IMG/VR virus record: IMGVR_UViG_3300014502_000008
Location: 1-54,085 of that record
Source of the DNA: a virus
Lineage: Duplodnaviria; Caudoviricetes
Strand: one strand, 5' to 3'
DNA: 54,085 nucleotides
Both the position numbers and the translations under genes were made by a program. Below are positions 49,895 to 54,085 of this stretch, piece after piece. The notes under the pieces were generated by a model that saw nothing but the letters and a program-made list of their open reading frames with translations, did no database searches and was not told the DNA's origin. Numbering within the stretch: the stretch's first letter is position 1; the number at the start of each line of letters is the position of its first letter.

Positions 49895-50168
49895 ATTAAC
49901 CTTAGTCTTTGTCGGCTGTGTACATCAGCCTGAATTTAAACACTCTCTCTCGCTTGGTTTAATTGCCTTAAAAAAGAAGGAGTGCGGTTAGGCCTTTAGC
50001 GTGATTAGTCCATAATCGTTATTGCCTCCCCCTCCTATCTCTTGTCCCTTTGTACCCCATGTTGCAGGGGTACTTCCTAAACTTCGGTTAACCTCGGTTG
50101 TTGCATCTTGCATAATCTCACTTACCAAAGACCAGACATACTTCTCAGGAACCTACTTCGGATGGTTG

Positions 50169-50240
50169 TTGCGGAGGGAAGATTCGAACTTCCGACCTCT
50201 AGGACATGAACCTAGCGAGCTACCGCTGCTCTACCCCGCT
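50169..50240 (-). tRNA. tRNA-Met(CAT), initiator-like, phage-encoded
   Basis: AGCGGGGTAGAGCAGCGGTAGCTCGCTAGGTTCATGTCCTAGAGGTCGGAAGTTCGAATCTTCCCTCCGCAA forms a cloverleaf with a 1:72 mismatch. Confidence 0.9.
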
Positions 50241-50307
50241 AAAAAATCAAAGAACTGTCAATAAAATAATGAATTATCTTAACAAATATAGTGAACAAGA
50301 AGTATCG

Positions 50308-50637
50308 TTACACTATATGTGCAGTATAATTATCAACATTGGATATACTCCTTTCGATTGCTTGTACCCGGTCTATCTCAGCTGCTATTAAAGCTCCTGC
50401 AATTACTAGACGGTCCCTGTATGATTTATTGATCATCTTGTTCCATTGGTCATAATCCCACCCTTCTGGCGCACTATCTTCAATGCCATGTATATCTTCA
50501 ATATTCTCAAATGCGAGCATTGAAGCTGCTTCAGGTAATTGGCCTGCAGAATTGTTGTCAACATCGTACTTAATAGTTTCCCCCTGATCCATTATTTGGT
50601 CAGATCGTTCTTCTCTGATACTTGATACCCCCTTCAT
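50308..50637 (-). CDS. Conserved phage protein
   Basis: IREERSDQ...RDRLVIAGALIAAEIDR motif seen in phage early genes. Confidence 0.7.
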   Translation of the reverse strand: MKGVSSIREERSDQIMDQGETIKYDVDNNSAGQLPEAASMLAFENIEDIHGIEDSAPEGWDYDQWNKMINKSYRDRLVIAGALIAAEIDRVQAIERSISNVDNYTAHIV

Positions 50638-50691
50638 AGTTTAAGTTTTAGCTGGTTGTGTATTTATGACATTTACAATTCTCACTATTCC

Positions 50692-50901
50692 CTACCGATA
50701 AACTTCTTCCCACCAGGTGACGTGTCCGCTCCCTTCGATATAACTTCTATAATTCATCTGGTGTGAACCACACTTCCTGCATATCCGGTTAAAGGGATTG
50801 TGTCCCTGTTTGAATAGTTTCTTTTGTTTATACCAGGATATAAGGCAAATACTTACTGTCAGAATTAAAAATGAAATGAATATGATAGCAGGGTAGTTCA
50901 T
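50692..50901 (-). CDS. Small TM plus zinc-finger-like protein
   Basis: N-terminal TM, RICRKCG. Confidence 0.5.
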   Translation of the reverse strand: MNYPAIIFISFLILTVSICLISWYKQKKLFKQGHNPFNRICRKCGSHQMNYRSYIEGSGHVTWWEEVYR

Positions 50902-51086
50902 GATTTCTTGTCTAATAATTCATCCAGGGATATGGTAAATAATATTTCCCTATTTAGCTTATTTTGTGTACCTTTTGTGGCTATATAAGTAGTTAGAAAC
51001 AAGGTGAGCATCGTGCCTTTATATTGCGCGATTGATATTAAAATTGCATATTTACAAAACCTTAATAGATAACTAGACCAAATTTT

Positions 51087-52151
51087 ATGGCTCAAATACA
51101 AGGTCAGATTGAATCCCTGAAAAAATTAAAATATGAATTAAAAACTTGTGGCATTCATAGATTTAATTCAATAAAAGAGATAAATGATTTCTTGTTTAAT
51201 TTTCAAGACGAAAAAGAAGCAATAATCAACACTCAAAAAGAAATCCTTAGAAATGAAATCAAAGATTTAAACCTTAGAAAAAAAGAAAACCAAGAAAAAT
51301 GTGAGAGAACAAAAAGTAAAACACAAGCTGAAATAGAAGTTAGAATTGACACTATCAGAATAAACATCGATAATCTGACAGCAAAAATAAATAAAGGCCT
51401 TATTCATAAGATTTTATATAGCTTCAAACTAAAGAAACAGAAAGAACTATTGGACTATTATAGTTTGAATACACCAATGATTATTAAAAATGCCACCAAG
51501 AACATTCAGGAAAAAATCGAGAATGACGAAAATCAACTTAAGTATATCAGTGAAAACAATGAACTAATCATTAAGGAGCGAAGCTTGCCAGAGATTCGAA
51601 AACTGAATAATGTCAAAAAAACGATTGAAGATTTGCAACCGCTAATAGCAGGTGCTGTTGGAGAGAGTTTGGTAGTGAAAGAAATAGAGAAATTGCCCAA
51701 TGATTATATTTTAATCAATGACTATAACCTGAAATTTAATCCACCAATATATAAGAGGAATACTAATGATAAAATATTTTCAATTCAAATCGATCATCTT
51801 CTAATCTCAAAATCTGGTATTTATATTTTAGAGACAAAAAACTGGAGTAAAAAGTCTGTTGAGTCTTTGGATTTAAGATCTCCAGTTGAACAGATCACGA
51901 GGACAAGTTATGCTCTTTTTCTAATTGTAAATGACGCAAAGATTAAATTGACTGAACATCATTGGGGGAACAAACAGATTCCTATCAAAAATATTATCGT
52001 AATGATAAACGAAAAACCCAAAGAAGATTTCAAATATGTAAAAGTAAAATCATTAAAAGAATTGAATAAATATATAACCTATTTCGAACCGATTTTCACT
52101 GAAGATGAAGTTGACCGGATTTCAAAATATCTTATTAGAATTCAAGATTAA
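51087..52151 (+). CDS. NERD-domain nuclease with N-terminal coiled coil
   Basis: GAVGESLV...QIDHLLISKSGIYILETKNW...SPVEQ. Confidence 0.85.
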   Translation: MAQIQGQIESLKKLKYELKTCGIHRFNSIKEINDFLFNFQDEKEAIINTQKEILRNEIKDLNLRKKENQEKCERTKSKTQAEIEVRIDTIRINIDNLTAKINKGLIHKILYSFKLKKQKELLDYYSLNTPMIIKNATKNIQEKIENDENQLKYISENNELIIKERSLPEIRKLNNVKKTIEDLQPLIAGAVGESLVVKEIEKLPNDYILINDYNLKFNPPIYKRNTNDKIFSIQIDHLLISKSGIYILETKNWSKKSVESLDLRSPVEQITRTSYALFLIVNDAKIKLTEHHWGNKQIPIKNIIVMINEKPKEDFKYVKVKSLKELNKYITYFEPIFTEDEVDRISKYLIRIQD

Positions 52152-52162
52152 AAAACCCTGTT

Positions 52163-52561
52163 TCTAACACGGACAATATGGGTAAGTTGTTTGTCACACT
52201 TTTTGCTTTTACTCCTGCCTCCGAGACAGATTTGTAATGGTTCTTGCACCCGGACACGCGCATCTGCAAGCAATTAAACTCCTGCACTGTGACAGTTTTC
52301 TGGCTCCGAGACAAATTGTACCGCGACACTGCGCCAGTGCCCATAACCAAACTTGTAACCGGGGATAAGTTCAAGGCTCCGATCAAACTTGTACCGCGAT
52401 CGCGCCTGCATCCAATAAAATTTGTACCATGACGGCAAAAAGTGCGCCATACCCTCCTTGCACCGGGACAGTTATATGGCTCGCCTGCCGGCGAGTACCA
52501 GGACAGTTGCCGGATGCTGCGTCGGGTAACACAACCTCCCCATATTGCCGGGCCGTTAGGT
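52163..52561. repeat. GC-rich long inverted-repeat element, attC-like
   Basis: Left end TCTAACACGGACAATATGGGTAAGTTGT and right end ACAACCTCCCCATATTGCCGGGCCGTTAGGT are complementary. Confidence 0.55.
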
Positions 52562-52984
52562 GTAAGAATTTCGTCGCAATACCGAAACATCCAACGTACA
52601 AGCAAGAGGTTGGCAGGTCGTCCCGGCTCTGCCAAACACATGCCTTTTTGCCAACCCGAGACTACTATATGAGAACGATTCTGTACTTTTAAGATTATTT
52701 CTAAAATAATTTATACAAAACTTAGATTGGTCAACTTAAAATTAACCTTATAAGCAAGTTAGCACACATTCCATCAGATACTCAGTTAAATTCTTATGCT
52801 AACGAGAAATAAGAATGCGGGTTTGGATAACAAATTGTAAATTGCAGAGATTTGATTACATAACAATAAACGGTTTTTCAGTTAGTTAATCAAAAAAATA
52901 ATGTGCGCTAAAAACGAGTCATAGCCAATGCAAAAAGACATCCAGACATATAAGTTTTGCTTAAACATAAGAAACTAACTATAA

Positions 52985-53821
52985 ATGGAAACAGTACCTG
53001 AAATAAAAATTCCTTATGATGAATTAAAATCTTTAGTAATTGATTCAATTAAGGAATGTGGAAATCCTTTTCAATTCAAACACCTTTGTAATACAATTGG
53101 TAATAAAGTTGTAAAAAGAGGAATAGTAAAAAGTCCACATCCTGATAGTTTTCAAGTTATTTATTCCCCTTTACAAAAAAAGGATGAAAATAGAGTTCGT
53201 GAAATTCTGTGGGATTTAATTATCGAACGTGTATTAACAATTGGAGATTATCAAAACGATTCTTGGCCTCATTTAAGTCTAACTGAGTATGGCGAAGAAG
53301 TTATAGAATCAAATATGCCTGTTCCCAACGATACCAATGGCTATCTAAATAGAATTAAAAAAGAAATTCCCGATCTTGACAGTGTTATTGAAATATACCT
53401 ATCCGAAAGTATTAGAACATATAATATTAATCAATTATTGTCCGCAACGATTACCTTAGGTTGCGCATCAGAAAAAGCCCTTTTACTATTAATTGAAACC
53501 TATAGAGATACTTTTAAAGATAATACAAAGCAGGAAAAATTCATTAAAAAGACCGAAGGTAAATTTATTAAAATTCAATTCGATGAGTTCAATGAGGATT
53601 TTAAAGGTATAATTGGACAATTGCCCTATGAATTAAAAGATAATTATATGAATACATTAATTGGAATTTTTGAGATGATTAGGTGTAATAGAAATTTAGC
53701 CGGACATCCAACGGGGAAACAGATAGATAAAGACACATTATTCGCTAATCTGCAAGTATTCATCCCATATTGTAGGTTTATATATGAATTGAAAAGATAT
53801 TTTATAAAAAATAAGCACTAA
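52985..53821 (+). CDS. HEPN/DUF4145-like protein, possible abortive-infection defence
   Basis: C-terminal RNLAGH (RxxxxH) motif and an N-terminal wHTH-like region. Confidence 0.55.
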   Translation: METVPEIKIPYDELKSLVIDSIKECGNPFQFKHLCNTIGNKVVKRGIVKSPHPDSFQVIYSPLQKKDENRVREILWDLIIERVLTIGDYQNDSWPHLSLTEYGEEVIESNMPVPNDTNGYLNRIKKEIPDLDSVIEIYLSESIRTYNINQLLSATITLGCASEKALLLLIETYRDTFKDNTKQEKFIKKTEGKFIKIQFDEFNEDFKGIIGQLPYELKDNYMNTLIGIFEMIRCNRNLAGHPTGKQIDKDTLFANLQVFIPYCRFIYELKRYFIKNKH

Positions 53822-54085
53822 AAAATGGTAGCACACACATAAATATTATATCAAAGAAAAAGGGCAAAAGTAATTTAACTACAAATAGATTGTCATAATT
53901 AAACCGAAATAATGTGCTCAATATCAGCGTATTTTATAAAAACAAAATGTAAATTTGTTAGGTCCTTTTATTGCGAATGTCTTAACCCCCCAAATAGCTG
54001 GACATAATTTGAAAAACAAATTAGGTCTGATTAAATTTGGGAACTATGACAACAACAAGAAGAAAATTTACACCTGAAGAACGAT

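Larger units (their letters stand above)
39..50940. mobile_element. Bacteroidota podovirus-like prophage (left end at tRNA-Met att; right end uncertain)
   Basis: Terminase, portal, capsid, tail, lysis and SSB genes are present. A tRNA 3' fragment sits at the left boundary and TAnnTTTG-type promoters occur. Phage-like genes stop at about 50.9 kb. Confidence 0.9.

Noticed and set aside
342-50901. Stop-codon reassignment as in some Bacteroidota phages
   Set aside because: Genes are long and intact in the standard code, TAG, TAA and TGA all end genes, and there is no suppressor tRNA.
52135-52692. Overlapping ORFs in the GC-rich element
   Set aside because: Several frames on both strands are open because of GC content, and none has a recognisable protein motif.

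Overview
Most of the window (about 39 to 50,940) is a podovirus-like prophage of a Bacteroidota host. Its left end is a 3' fragment of a tRNA-Met gene, which looks like an att site. It contains a lysis cassette, tail and receptor-binding genes, a capsid with an unusual hydrophobic N-terminus, a frameshifted scaffold gene, a terminase, SSB and Nin-like genes, an AT-rich accessory island (19-26 kb), a portal, a 5066-aa polyvalent DarB-like protein (pyrophosphatase, methylase, SNF2 helicase, zincin, LPD38-like), internal virion proteins, a nozzle, and a phage initiator-type tRNA-Met. No integrase or replication module is visible. The last 3 kb is AT-rich cargo (NERD and HEPN-like genes) with an attC-like long inverted-repeat element. 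The most novel signal is a family of five dispersed 65-90 nt covarying hairpin elements. Four have a promoter-like upstream box, all have a T-rich tail, and they punctuate the membrane-protein cassettes of the accessory island. They are a candidate sRNA or cassette-shuffling system. All assignments come from reading motifs by eye; no database searches were run.
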